This document shows positions 51,001 through 64,000 of a stretch of DNA of 64,000 nt, in pieces (the stretch's first letter is position 1; every line of letters starts with the position of its first letter). A program made the translations under genes and the position numbers. Under the pieces are notes generated by a model. That model saw only the letters and a program-made list of their open reading frames with translations. It ran no database searches and was not told the origin of the DNA. The stretch lies in NCBI GenBank assembly GCA_030141605.1, contig JAQGDQ010000312.1, forward strand, positions 15,335-79,334, read 5' to 3'. This DNA comes from Tubiluchus corallicola (taxonomy: Eukaryota > Animalia > Priapulida).

Positions 51001-54000
51001 TTACGAATGCCGACGGTTGGTGGTGTCCAAGGCACACCGTTCCAATAAATACAGACGTAATAACTTAGCGTCCACAAATGGTTCAAGTCTCAGCTGACTT
51101 TTAGCCTGTAATTTACTAAAATTGGCACATCCTAGAAAAGAAAGTCAGTAATGAGTTTTTAAACGAGACAAAAAAGCCAGAACTATGTACACATTCAAGC
51201 ACACACATGGTGTAAAACTACACTACTACATTTGCTAGTTCTTTATATTGTAACTTCTTACTTTAATTATAGTATTATAGAATTAGCAGTTCTGTCTGTA
51301 TGTCTACCTGCCTGTCACCATTTTTTTGGCTGTAAGGTTATATAAGTTGGTACTTTGTATGCGGGTAAAACATGGTTCACACTCACACCCCATAAATATT
51401 TGGATCAATCAGTGCAGATTTATGCAATTTTTTAACTACTATAGAATTATCAGTTCTGTCTGTATGTCTACCAGCCTGTCACCATTTTTTGGCTGTAAGG
51501 TCATATAAGTTGGTACTTTGTATGCGGGTAAAACATGGTTCACACTCACAACCTATAAATTTTTGGATCAATCTGTGTAGATTTTTGCAATTTTTTCAAA
51601 GATTCATGTGTAACAGCTAGTCATGCTGCAAACTGGCTACACAGCCAAACGAATTACAAGTGATTAGTGGGGCATCAGATATCAACAATCATTAACAGAT
51701 GTATATAAAAAGCAGGAGACGATCAAGCATACTCTAACTATCATTGTATAATCACGCTCTTGAAAGCATGTCGACCTAAAATTGAACGAGATCTAAATTA
51801 CCGTCTATACCAGGGGTGTGCAAATTATCTGACTAGCCGGGCCACATTAAAGATTCCCGCAATTACTGTGGGCCACATGCAGTTTGGTAAAGGAGCCAAG
51901 TACAGTAGGACTTAATAACAATTTTTTTGCATCCGATTTGTGCACATCATTACTACTGCACTACTACACTCAAGAAACTATTTTAGAAGTTATTAAAATT
52001 TATATTAAAAACCATATATTTCGTCATGTTCGACAGTGACATTAAGTGACAACAGTCTTGTAAGGGTTAATGCCATCCAATCTAGAGGAAAAAACTACCT
52101 GCATTATCTTCGCGATATTGGCAGAGACTTCAACTGGACCGCATGGACTGCACTTTCATTACGTTGACAAACCTCTATACATATCATTGCAGTCGTGGCC
52201 AAAAGTTTACGCCCACCTGAATTACGACGTGAATTTTGAGCTTTTTTGGTATTCAATACCATATGTTTTCCCTCATGGTGGACCGATTCGTACACACGAT
52301 GGCTCATTAGGAAGGCAATTGAAAATCGCAATTAAATGTTTGTGTTGCGCATGTGCAGGACTTACAAGATGATGATGTCATCATGTTAATGACGTCATCA
52401 GTATCGTTGCGGGAATTGTCTTAGACGCGCTCTCGGCAGTAGCTTCCTCCCCAGTCGACTGATTATGTTGGATGGTAATTCTAATGAAAGGTAAGAGAAT
52501 GAGTGATCAACTGCGCATGCGCACATGTCTCCGACTTGATGACGTCATCCTCGCTGTGACGTGAAAGGTAAGAGGATGGGTGATCAACTGCGCATGCGCA
52601 CATGTCTCCGACTTGATGACGTCATCCTCGCCGTGAGTAATTTATCAACGCGATGACGTCATCATCTCGTAAGTCCTGCGCATGCGCAACACAAACATTT
52701 ACTTGCAATTTTCAATTACCTTCCTAATGAACCATCGTGTGTGGTCCGCCATGAGTGAAAACATATGGTATTGAATACCAAAAAAGCTCAAAATTCACGT
52801 CGTAATCACAGGCGGACAAACTTTTGGCCACGACTGTATTATACAGCAACTCCAGACCGAAAATAAGAACCCCTAAGTGAAAAATTTAACAACAAGTTAT
52901 CACACAGAAGCTAAAACTAACAGATTGACTCCTCCATATGAATAAATAAGAAATTTGTAAACCAACCCGATCTTGTCCATATTGTATCAACAGTTTCTTC
53001 ATTGGCGTATCGGAGCTCAGTACAATTCCACGACACAGAATCTCCAACTAAAACGAGAGAAATTTGTGCATGAAGATTAAGCTAATATGGACAATGGAAG
53101 GCATCGCTTAGTTTCATCGCATCAAAGGATGACAAACGACAAAGTAAAATCAACAAGCTTTTTTGTTTGTAGTTAAAATTTTCACCAGTTTTGAAAATCT
53201 TGTTCATTAGTAACTTCAAAGATGGAGAAAATATTATAATATATATTAGTATTACAATATGATATTAATGTTATTATTAACGAAATCCAGCACCATCAAA
53301 CGTCAAAACTGCTATGACAATTTTGGATATTTTAGACTTTAGTTAGGGTACCATTATGAGGTACATGACTCATATTTATTTTTAAGAAAACATTTTCTAA
53401 ACAAAGCTTATAAATTCATCTTGAAATTTTATATCGCTTACATGCTGTCTCATTGCATACGGAGCGTGCCCTAATAGTAACGCTGTATAAAACTTAAACA
53501 TTTAAACTCCAATGAGGACCGTTACGAGCAGCCATTTTAACGCTAAGTCATGTCAAATGAGTTTAGATTACATTGCATAAGGTTTGAAAAAACAATCGGA
53601 GCATTCGCAGCAGCAATGTTCACTAACTAAGCAAAAGTTTGTTATTTTTATTCTCAATCAGATCTACGACGTATTTTTTTGGTGAATCAGTGATGTCAAC
53701 TGGGATATCGTCAATCAGATCTACGATGTATTTTTTTGGTGAACCAGTGATGTAAACTGGGATACTGTCAATCTGATCTACGGCGTATTTTTATAGTGAA
53801 CCAGTGATGTAAACTGGGATGTTGTCAATCAGATCTACGACATATTTTTTTGGTGAACCAGTGATGTAAACTGGGATGACGATGCAGTCACATTTTACTA
53901 GATGCTACAAATATTCTGAATTATTAGGAATTTTCTTTTCCAATTACATGACGTATTTAAATGGGTAAGTAATATAACTACATGGAAAGTTTTTTTGCAA

Positions 54001-57000
54001 CATACTTTAAAATTTCATTGTCTTCCCCTTTAACTTGCCGATGCTGATGATTTTCACATCATCAGCCAACAACTAAATAAGATAATGTTTTGATAAAATA
54101 CCTGAGCTTGCGGCGGCACTGGCACCTTCTTTCTGACTAGCCTCTCCAGGTGGCAAGCTCTTGCTCGAACAGAACAGCGTACATACTTCTGCTGCATAAA
54201 TGCTAGCTGTAACGCTGCATTACCACCACTGAAATAAAGAGTTCATTCAAAAATCATGCAAAATTTATTTAACAAAAGTACCAAGTATTTAAAATATGTT
54301 CAACAAATTTTTCAATTGTACTGAAAATTGAGTACCAAGTATTTGAAATATGTTCACCAAATTTTTCAATTGTTCTGAAAATTGAGTACCAAGCATTTGA
54401 AATATGTTCAACAAATTTTTCAATTGTTCTGAAAATTGAGTACCAAGCATTTGAAATATGTTCAACAAATTTTTCAATTGTTCTGAAAATTGAGTACCAA
54501 GCATTTGAAATATGTTCAACAAATTTTTCAATTGTTCTGAAAATTGAGTACCAAGCATTTGAAATATGTTCACCAAATTTTTCAGTTGTTCTGAAAATTG
54601 AGTACCAAGCATTTGAAATATGTTCACTAAATTTTTCAATTGTTCTGAAAATTGAGTACCAAGCATTTGAAATATGTTCACCAAATTTTTCAATTGTTCT
54701 GAAAATTGAGTACCAAGCATTTGAAATATGTTCACAAAATTTTTCAATTGTTCTGAAAATTGAGTACCAAGCATTTGAAATATGTTCACAAAATTTTTCA
54801 ATTGTTCTGAAAATTGAGTACCAAGCATTTGAAATATGTTCACCAAATTTTTCAATTGTTCTGAAAATTGAGTACCAAGCATTTGAAATATGTTCACAAA
54901 ATTTTTCAATTGTTCTGAAAATTGAGTACCAAGCATTTGAAATACGTTCACAAAATTTTTCAATTGTTCTGAAAATTGAGTACCAAGCATTTGAAATATG
55001 TTCACAAAATTTTTCAATTGTTCTGAGACTTTTACTCCCTTCAAGGACAACTTATTCTCTCAGCCATCAAAAATATTGAATGGATGGGCAGGTTCAATAT
55101 GCATTACGAATGGCTGCATTTGCGGAACTTTATTCTAGATCTGAAATCTACCTTTGAGGTTCCAAACAGAGACTAATTTGAGGATCAAAGCAGTAGAGAT
55201 GGCCCCAGTCGTTGCGCACTTTTTCCGGAGCTGCTTCTCTGGGCTGCTCCTCTTCTAAACAAAAAAATCAATAATCTTAAAGGGTTTTATACATTCCAGC
55301 AAAATCTTACTGCCCTAATAGGTATCTTTACTTCGAAATGCTTAGTGAATATGAATGTAAAGGTGAATGCTTACTTCGACAGAGTACTGAAAACAGATTA
55401 ACTCACAAATGCATACATAAAAACATCCATTTAGCATATTGGTTTTTTATTATATTCACAAGTATAAAATTAATTATACTTATGTAAATGTAAAATGTCA
55501 TCCATTTTGTTTTTCAAAAGATTTTTTTCTTTCAGAGCAATACCACATGGTAGAACATTTATTACATCAAGTAAACATATTACACTTTCAATCCATCATA
55601 AATATATCGTTTCATTAACACAGTGATGTTAGTCCTTCAAATCGAAGATGACCATAGTGACAGTTATAAAAGGTCAGTTTGGGGGGTTGTCATTCCTTTG
55701 ATGAGCTCGAAGGTGACTGACTTGGCCAATTCTGGCTTGGAAACTTCTTTGGCATTTGGCACAGGTGAGGCTGGGTGTTTGGACCTGTTGTTAGGCAGTG
55801 TCACATGCCTTGCGTCTCCTGCGCTTCTCCTCTGCCTCTTCAATTATTTGTGTTAGCCCCTGAGGTGATGGCACTCCGCCATGCTGAGCGATCTTGTGCA
55901 AGGGTTTCCATTGAGCAGATATCCATGCTGAGCTCCTAGAGTGAGGCCTTCGGGCTGTCTTTGAAGCGTTTCTTTGGTCGTCAAAACAGTACGCATCACT
56001 TAATAGACTCACTTTGGGACCAAAGTGTTTTGACCCAGTTAACCGACTGAACCCATTAACCGATGAGTGTAGCGTTACTGGTATAGAAGTATGAGTCACA
56101 GCTTAATATGCACTGCAAAGCTTTTTAATGAATTTTAGAAATGAAGTAATGCCTAAATTCCTTTGTGCAGTTAAAATTAAAAAAAAATATTTTAAAATAT
56201 TAATTTATAGAAGTGAATTAGCAATTAATCAAAAGTATACTTTTCTAAACCAGACAAATCTGTTTATTTGCAAAAATTCCTTCAAAATCGGCTGCTTCAT
56301 TTTCTTGTGAAGAAATTAACCTACAAAGTTCTCATAATTATAAAAATATTGAAAATCTGTTGCTCTGTGATGCACGTATTTTCAGTTTCCCCTTAACTGT
56401 TAGATCTTTCCGCTTATGCTCCATTTTTCAAACTTCTTAACTCTATGCCCCTATTTGCTCTATGATGTTTATTCTTGTAAGTCACAAGGAATACCGGCTG
56501 ACTGCTGTACCTGCATCTTTGACTGTTAACTGATTAAGAGTGAAAGGGTGATTTGCAACGAGAGCATCAAAAGAAAACCGCTAGGTAAGTGATTAAATGT
56601 TTAGCTTCCAGAAATTCTTTGGGTCACAGTGGGCATGTGCATTTGGTTAGAAGGTGGCCCGTACCAGGCGGTTTTGAGTCAATTAAGCGACTGAGTCAAT
56701 TAAGCGGCGCCTACTGCATGGCTAAATCTCAAAAGAATGCATATAAGTTATTGACTGTTTAGTTAACATTAAACACAACTTACTCATTCCAGCCATGGCT
56801 GCATTGTCAGGCAATCCTCTTGTTCTATAGAACTCAGCCCTTCTCTGTTCTTCCTCTGCAGTAATTAATAAATCATTAATTGATTGATTTTGTGATTTCA
56901 ATAAATAATCAAGTAACGTCACATATAAATTGGAAAAACATGTGAGCTGAATCTATGCTAAGTGAGGTTCAAAGGTCTATTTGCAAAGCGAGATTTTTGC

Positions 57001-60000
57001 AAGGTACCATTACAAGTGAATTAAGCAGGTTAAAGACTGCGGGAAATTTGTGGCTTCTTTGTACAGTATGCACATTGTCAAGTAATGGATATAATATTAT
57101 TGTCTGTAGATTGTATTTAATGACATATAGAAAAACCTGCTCACATTTACAGACACCTGTTAGGCACATTGTCAAGTAATGGATATAATATTATTGTCCG
57201 TAGATTGTATTTAACAACATATAGAAGAACCTGCTCACATTTACAGACACCTGTTAGGCACATTGTCAAGTAATGGATATAATATTATTGTCCATAGATT
57301 GTATTTAACGACATATAAAAGAACCTGCTCACATTTACAGACACCTGTTAGGCACACTGTCAAGTAATGGATATAATATTATTGTCTGTAGATTGTATTT
57401 ACAACATACAGAAAAACCTGCTCACATTTACAGACACCTGTTAGGCACATTGTCAAGTAATGGATATAATATTATTGTCCGTAGATTGTATTTAATGACA
57501 TATAGAAGAACCTGCTCACATTTACAGACACCTGTTAGGCACACTGTCAAGTAATGGATATAATATTATTGTCCATAGATTGTATTTAATGACATACAGA
57601 AGAACCTGCTCACATTTACAGACACCTGTTAGGCACATTGTCAAGTAATGGATATAATATTATTGTCCATAGATTGTATTTAATGACATATAGAAGAACC
57701 TGCTCACATTTACAGACACCTGTTAGGCACATTGTCAAGTAATGGATATAATATTATTGTCCATAGATTGTATTTAATGACATATAGAAGAACCTGCTCA
57801 CATTTACAGACACCTGTTAGGCACATTGTCAAGTAATGGATATAATATTATTGTCTGTAGATTGTATTTAATGACATACAGAAGAACCTGCTCACATTTA
57901 CAGACACCTGTTAGGCACATTGTCAAGTAATGGACATAATATTATTGTCCATAGATTGTATTTAATGACATATAGAAGAACCTGCTCACATTTACGGACA
58001 CCTGTTAGGCACATTGTCAAGTAATGGATATAATATTATTGTCCGTAGATTGTATTTAATGACATACAGAAGAACCTGCTCACATTTACGGACACCTGTT
58101 AGGCACATTGTCAAGTAATGGATATAATATTATTGTCCGTAGATTGTATTTAATGACATATAGAAGAACCTGCTCACATTTACGGACACCTGTTAGGCAC
58201 ATTGTCAAGTAATGGATATAATATTATTGTCCATAGATTGTATTTAATGACATACAGAAGAACCTGCTCACATTTACAGACACCTGTTAGGCACATTGTC
58301 AAGTAATGGATATAATATTATTGTCCGTAGATTGTACTTAATGACATATAGAAGAACCTGCTCACATTTACGGACACCTGTTAGGCACATTGTCAAGTAA
58401 TGGATATAATATTATTGTCCATAGATTGTATTTAATGACATATAGAAGAACCTGCTCACATTTACGGACACCTGTTATGCACATTGTCAAGTAATGGATA
58501 TAATATTATTGTTCATAGATTGTATTTAATGACATACAGAAGAACCTGCTCACATTTACAGACACCTGTTAGGCACATTGTCAAGTAATGGATATAATAT
58601 TATTGTCCATAGATTGTATTTAATGACATACAGAAGAACCTGCTCACATTTACAGACACCTGTTAGGCACATTGTCAAGTAATGGATATAATATTATTGT
58701 CCATAGATTGTATTTAATGACATATAGAAGAACCTGCTCACATTTACAGACACCTGTTAGGCACATTGTCAAGTAATGGATATAATATTATTGTCCATAG
58801 ATTGTATTTAATGACATACAGAAGAACCTGCTCACATTTACAGACACCTGTTAGGCACATTGTCAAGTAATGGATATAATAATATTGTCTGTAGATTGTA
58901 TTTAACAACATATAGAAGAACCTGCTCACATTTACAGGCACCTGTTAGAAACTACATGGCGATAATAGTACAAGTAGTGTCAAAGTATACTTTTTAAACC
59001 ATAACGATAAGAACAGTGAAACAAAGCTAGCTTGTTGCTTCAAAGAGCAACTTAACTGCTGTCGTCATCATCATCACCACCATCATCGTCACTTCGTGCA
59101 GTATCAAAATATGCAGACGGTAAAATTGCTAAGCGGTTATATGCTTTGCATTCTGATCTCGAGTTAAATGTCTAACTCATGCGTTTTTTTTGTTTTTTGC
59201 ACTACTGTTTCCAGCTAAAGCTTAAACTACGTGCACCATTGGGTGGCCAATGTTGTACAAGCACCTAAATAAAATTTTGGTGAGAGGAGTAGGACAAGCT
59301 TTTGCCTGCTTTTAAAAGAGGTGACATGGTGCACCAGGAAGTCTTTGCAACTGACCTTCCTAGCAAAATTCCCGAACACTCTGAGCACACACTAATCTTA
59401 CAGTTTATAGTGAACTTGTCTTTGCACAGTTTAGCTTAGTACACTGTTCTTGTTTTCAAGTGGGTGAACAATTTCAGAGGTTTTTCACAGCTCAACACGC
59501 ACAAGAGGAGTCAAGAATGGTGTTTCCCTTTAATCCAAAGAAGACAAAACCCGAATCCTTTTCTCCTTGTTCCATTACTATACACTTAGGGAAGTTTCAT
59601 CTTTTTCTGATCAGCTTTAAGTTTGTTTGCTTGGTATTCACTTGACTTGAGATGAAGTGGCTAAGAACAAATGGGGTGCAATGCTGGTAATTATCCCACG
59701 CCTGATGCTGTGCAGTCCCCTTATAAATCGACCATTCTTGCATGGAGTAAAGCAGTCATATATCTAAGTTGGTGCCTCGACATGCTACCATAACGCATGT
59801 TACGATAATGCATGTTACCGTAACACATTACCATAATGCATGTTACCATAATGCATGTTACCATAACACAAGTTACCATAATGCATGTTACGATAACACA
59901 AGTTACCATAACACATGTTACCATAATGCATGTTACGTAACACATCTTACCATAATGCATGTTACTGTAACACAAGTTACCATAATGCATGTTAAGTAAC

Positions 60001-62361
60001 ACATGTTACCATAATGCATATTACGTAACACATGTTACCATAATCCATGTTACCGTAACACAAGTTACCATAATGCATGTTACCGTAACACAAGTTATCA
60101 TAATGCATGTTACCGTAACACATGTTACCATAATGCATGTTACCATAACACATGTGAACATAATGCATGTTATGTAACACATGTTACCAAAACACAAGTT
60201 ACCATAATGCATGTCACCATGACACATGTTACCATAATGCATGTTACTATAACACATATTATCGTAATGCATGTTACCGTAGCACGCTTGACAAATTGAA
60301 AAATCATACTGTGCATCTGGTTGGGTCAGATTTAGGGCTGACAAAGTAATTCATTGATCACCAAATGTCTGTTTATCACTGCATTCAACTTCTTTACTCT
60401 CAGCACCACTTCCTCAGTGCCGAGAGTTTCTCGTAGGACCAGTCTGTTGCTGCTTCTCGTAATTTTTACAGTAGATATTCCTAGGGAACGCCTACTGCCC
60501 TACACTTGGAATATGCTATTCATAAAAGCGTCTCTACACGCAGTTTTTTCCTCGGACTTCCTATATGTGGAATTCTTCAATAGAATTTACATTCCTGTTA
60601 ACTACAACTTCGACTGCTTAAAAAAGAGCACCAACAAATACCTCCTAGAATCTCCATATTTCTACCTGTAGAAATAGTTCCCACTTGCCTTGTTTGGAAC
60701 AATTTATATAAAAAGGGTTGCAGTCATAATTTAACAACTTGTCTGCAATGTGTAACAGACGTAATCAATGTAAGAAAAGTAATAATTACTGGACTTACTA
60801 TTATGAAGATTCGGCACCAGCTTGTAAACGATATCTTGCATGACGATGTCCAACTTCAGTTTTAGCAACGGTCTCGTCTCGTGTACCTTTGCATTGCACG
60901 CAGGACAGTTCTTCTTCGTTTGCAGGTACTTAACAATGCAACTCTTACAAACTGTTGAAAAAACATTAGTAGCAAGATTTAATGATCTTAAACGATTTTA
61001 AACATTAGATTTTTAACATACTACCTCACTTCTAAGTATGGTAAAAAGTACATATTTTAACTCGAATAATACTGCAAGTGTTTCTGATAATTAAATAATA
61101 TATTAAAATCTTAATTAATGGCAGGATAGTTGGGATGGCAGCCCAACTAGTGATGACATCACAAACTAACATAATTTTCAACAGTAAAAATACTCCATGA
61201 GCGTGTGTTGCATGTGTTCGTGAAAGAGAAAATTGAAATACAGTGCTACTGTAAGATATTCAATATGTTGTGCTAAAACTTGGCAAGTTTTAAGATAGAA
61301 ATTTAAATTTCAAATATACCTCTGTGTTCACGCATGAGCTGTCGAACGTGTGCAGTACATCACAAACGAACACATCTGAACTGTGAGAGGTACAGCACCT
61401 GTTTTTTGTGCAACATGTTTCCAAAATCCAGGTGCTAGTGCCCATCTAACAAGCGAATGGCGAAATGCATACAACAGCGAAGAACTAGCAGTGCAAACGT
61501 GAAATTGTGTTTGTGTGGTAATAATTGCATTTCAAGTAAGTCATTTTTGAAAAAATGATATGTTTCCTTTTTCAATATTTTAAAGAGTAGATTGTTCTGA
61601 CCTACAGTTTAAGATTGGGTCTGGTTTTCCTTTAAATATTTTTCTAGGTGGGTACAAAAACGAGTAACAGTACAGAAGAATTTACTACATGAAACTTTTG
61701 CTTAGAGTAGGTAATACAGAAAGGCAAGAAAAGGGTAATATGAAGTAGGTTTCAGAAAAATCACCTTGAAAAATTATATTATTTTATGGCATTTTTATGC
61801 ACATATACTACATGCATTGAAAGGAATTGTTGTTTGTTTTCATTTTAAATCTCCCGCAACACTGTTCCGAATTCCCCATTACATGGCGTCACTTACTACG
61901 TAAATCAGGGGAAGAAAAGGAAATGTTAAACTATGTCCCAAAAAACTTTCCATGCAAATCTATATTACTTAGCATTTCACTTACTCATGCATGCACATAT
62001 GTCACTAGCACATTAGAGCACTACAAAAAACTGCATTTTTCTGGACATGTGTTGACTTGAGTGTACGATTTCTTTCTACTGTAGCTCCTTTCCGTCAGAC
62101 GCTACTGCCATTGTTTGTGGTAGAAAACAATGAAATTTAACAAGCACAATGAGTGAATGCAATAATGTAAGTTCAAACAATGGTTCAGCTTGACTGTGAA
62201 AGTCAACCTACAGTTGACAACATAACTGATGCACTACAAACACGGATAACAGCAAACTCACATGTATGTAAACATTCGGTAATAGTCGTAGCATCAATGA
62301 AATATCCAGCACACAAGATGCAGACGATATGTGGATTCAAACCCTTAATTCTTAACATCAA
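51001..62361 (-). CDS. PCGF1: Polycomb group RING finger protein 1; start codon and last exon uncertain
   Basis: Exons 62262-62361 ([31 protein letters not shown]), 60799-60951 ([47 protein letters not shown]), 56784-56855 ([14 protein letters not shown]), 55152-55254 ([14 protein letters not shown]), 54102-54228 ([16 protein letters not shown], diagnostic of PCGF1), 52967-53047 (LEILCRG...PMKKL), candidate last exon 51001-51105. Phases are compatible. Confidence 0.9.
51277..51595. repeat. ~164-bp tandem duplication
   Basis: tagaatta(g/t)cagttctgtctgtatgtctacc... occurs at ~51278 and ~51442. Confidence 0.85.
52190..52836. mobile_element. Tc1/mariner-type MITE with ~200-bp terminal inverted repeats
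   Basis: cagtcgtggccaaaagttt...aaacttttggccacgactg|ta. Long arms pair (gtgaattttgagcttttttggtattcaataccatatg). Contains an internal tandem duplication at ~52487-52635. Confidence 0.92.
53655..53878. repeat. ~57-bp tandem repeat, 4 copies
   Basis: Unit caatcagatctacgacgtatttttttggtgaaccagtgatgtaaactgggatattgt-like. Confidence 0.9.
54277..55026. repeat. 54-bp minisatellite, ~14 copies, in a PCGF1 intron
   Basis: Unit agtaccaagcatttgaaatatgttcaccaaatttttcaattgttctgaaaattg; matches the 18-aa period of the ORF track. Confidence 0.96.
57070..58947. repeat. 94-bp satellite, ~20 copies, in a PCGF1 intron
   Basis: Unit gcacattgtcaagtaatggatataatattattgtccatagattgtatttaatgacatatagaagaacctgctcacatttacagacacctgttag. 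Confidence 0.97.
59781..60282. repeat. 15-bp minisatellite, ~33 diverged copies
   Basis: Unit catgttaccataa(tg/ca). Confidence 0.93.
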
Positions 62362-63462
62362 CTGAAACATCAAAACCACGTTAAATGGCAACACCGTCTA
62401 TTTGAAAAGATGTGGGACGTTGCGACGTCTGTTGGCAAGAAAGAAAAGCATTACAAGGAACTGACGATTTAAAGTAAATAGACATGAAAAATGCCATAAT
62501 TTTGACTATCTACTGTTGTTCTAAATCCATCTAATGCACTAACTCGGCATGGAGGGGACAGGGATGAGAATGACACATTACAAAAAACTCTGAAACAGGC
62601 TGGGGGTTTGGGGGCCCGTGTAGGCTATAGGGAACCTCTAAGTGGACTTAAAACATCAGTTACCTTGTTTCGTGCATAATTCAAAACATCCAACTATCAC
62701 GGATACATGATACCTAATTGTCTCAATTACTGGCCGCTCCTATGCAAAAGTATATAAAAAGTGTCTGCAATTGACTCAAATGACTCTGCACAATTGATTC
62801 TATATTTTTATACATAGAGATATACACGTGGTTACACTGATGTACGTGATGTAAACAAAGTGGCACCTTGCCAACTAGCGGTCAGCTTGTGAAATAATGT
62901 ACTGGGTCCGTAAAAAATTTCTCAACGAATTTACGCGATTTACAAAAACGGCACTACTGGTCTTCCAAAAACTCGTATTTCTGCGTATCAGCGGAAAATT
63001 CTCATCCCTGCATAAAAATCAATCTATGGCATCATATGGGCTGTGAACAGCTCAGGCCATTCAGTACCCAGAATCTCAATGCCCATTCCTACCGTCATAT
63101 TGTAAAAAAGACTCAAAAACTACCATACATAATCTGGTATGTTTTACTTTTGGGTAATTATTCCATTTGAAAAAAACTGTGCAGGACCCTCTTCCCCCGA
63201 GAACCTAAGCACGTAATTATTTTGCTTAATAGTTAATCCAGGGCTACAAAGACATGATAACAACAAAGTCTTTAATATTAAAAAGCAACAGAGTCTGACA
63301 CTCAAAATCAAAATGCTAATTTTAGTTCTTGCAAGATTGACCCTATTCTGTTGCCCACTAATTTAGAGTAGATGTATTGTCTTTACTCTGGATTACTTAA
63401 TTACATAGCAATTGTAATAATTTTAAAAATTAATAATGTTTTCTAGATTAAACTGACAACAT

Positions 63463-64000
63463 TCATTTTCTTGCCCACCAGTAAGGGACAGCAGACTACG
63501 TGACTTTATAGTCTTTTCACTTTTCTTGCCCACCAGTGTCTAATGGTCCTTTTCTATATTCGGTAAGGGATAACAGACTAGGTGACTTTATAGTCTTTTC
63601 ACTTTTCTTGCCCACCAGTGTCTAATGATCCTTTTCTGTATTCGGTAAGGGATAGCAGACTAGGTGACTTTATAGTCTTTTCACTTTTCTTGCCCACCAG
63701 TGTCTAATGGTCCTTTTATATATTCGGTAAGGGATAGCAGACTAGGTGACTTTATAGTCTTTCACTTTTCTTGCCCACCAGTGTCTAATGGTCCTTTTCT
63801 GTATTCGGTAAGGGATAACAAACTAGGTGACTTTATAGTCTTTTCACTTTTCTTGCCCACCAGTGTCTAATGGTCCTTTTCTATACTCGGTAAGGGATAA
63901 CAGACTAGGTGACTTTATAGTCTTTCACTTTTCTTGCCAACCAATGTCTAATGGTCCTTTTCTATATTCGGTAAGGGATAACAGACTAGGTGACTTTATA
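63463..64000. repeat. ~82-bp satellite, at least 6 copies, running off the window
   Basis: Unit cacttttcttgcccaccagtgtctaatggtccttttctatattcggtaagggataacagactaggtgactttatagtctttt. Confidence 0.96.

Noticed and set aside
54289-55050. 253-aa ORF of 18-aa repeats
   Set aside because: By-product of a 54-bp stop-free satellite inside a PCGF1 intron whose flanking exons splice in phase without it.
59721-60349. Several His/Cys/Met-rich ORFs
   Set aside because: All are frames of a 15-bp minisatellite.
60290-60730. Possible decayed LINE endonuclease fragment
   Set aside because: Only a vague resemblance, with multiple stops and no intact diagnostic motif.

Overview
AT-rich, intron-rich metazoan genomic DNA; the repeat landscape suggests a marine invertebrate (inference). 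Four host genes can be reconstructed from splice sites and protein similarity: the 5' part of KATNAL2 (minus, 11 coding exons, continuing off the left edge), an intronless ARFRP1 CDS (minus), and two convergent non-canonical PRC1 genes, PCGF3 (plus, 7 coding exons) and PCGF1 (minus). The main novelty candidate lies in PCGF3 intron 4: a decayed BEL/Pao LTR retrotransposon whose Gag reading frame contains an intronless, nearly complete glycogenin (GT8) catalytic domain fused in frame at both ends. Other oddities are a 46-bp satellite built from a KATNAL2 exon end plus its splice donor, an orphan antisense ETFA exon, a 5S rRNA-headed SINE with a target-site duplication, and a two-level tandem array encoding a 46-aa repeat that resembles a multi-peptide precursor. 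Many minisatellites, MITEs and LINE fragments are also present. All coordinates were read by eye and may be off by a few bases.
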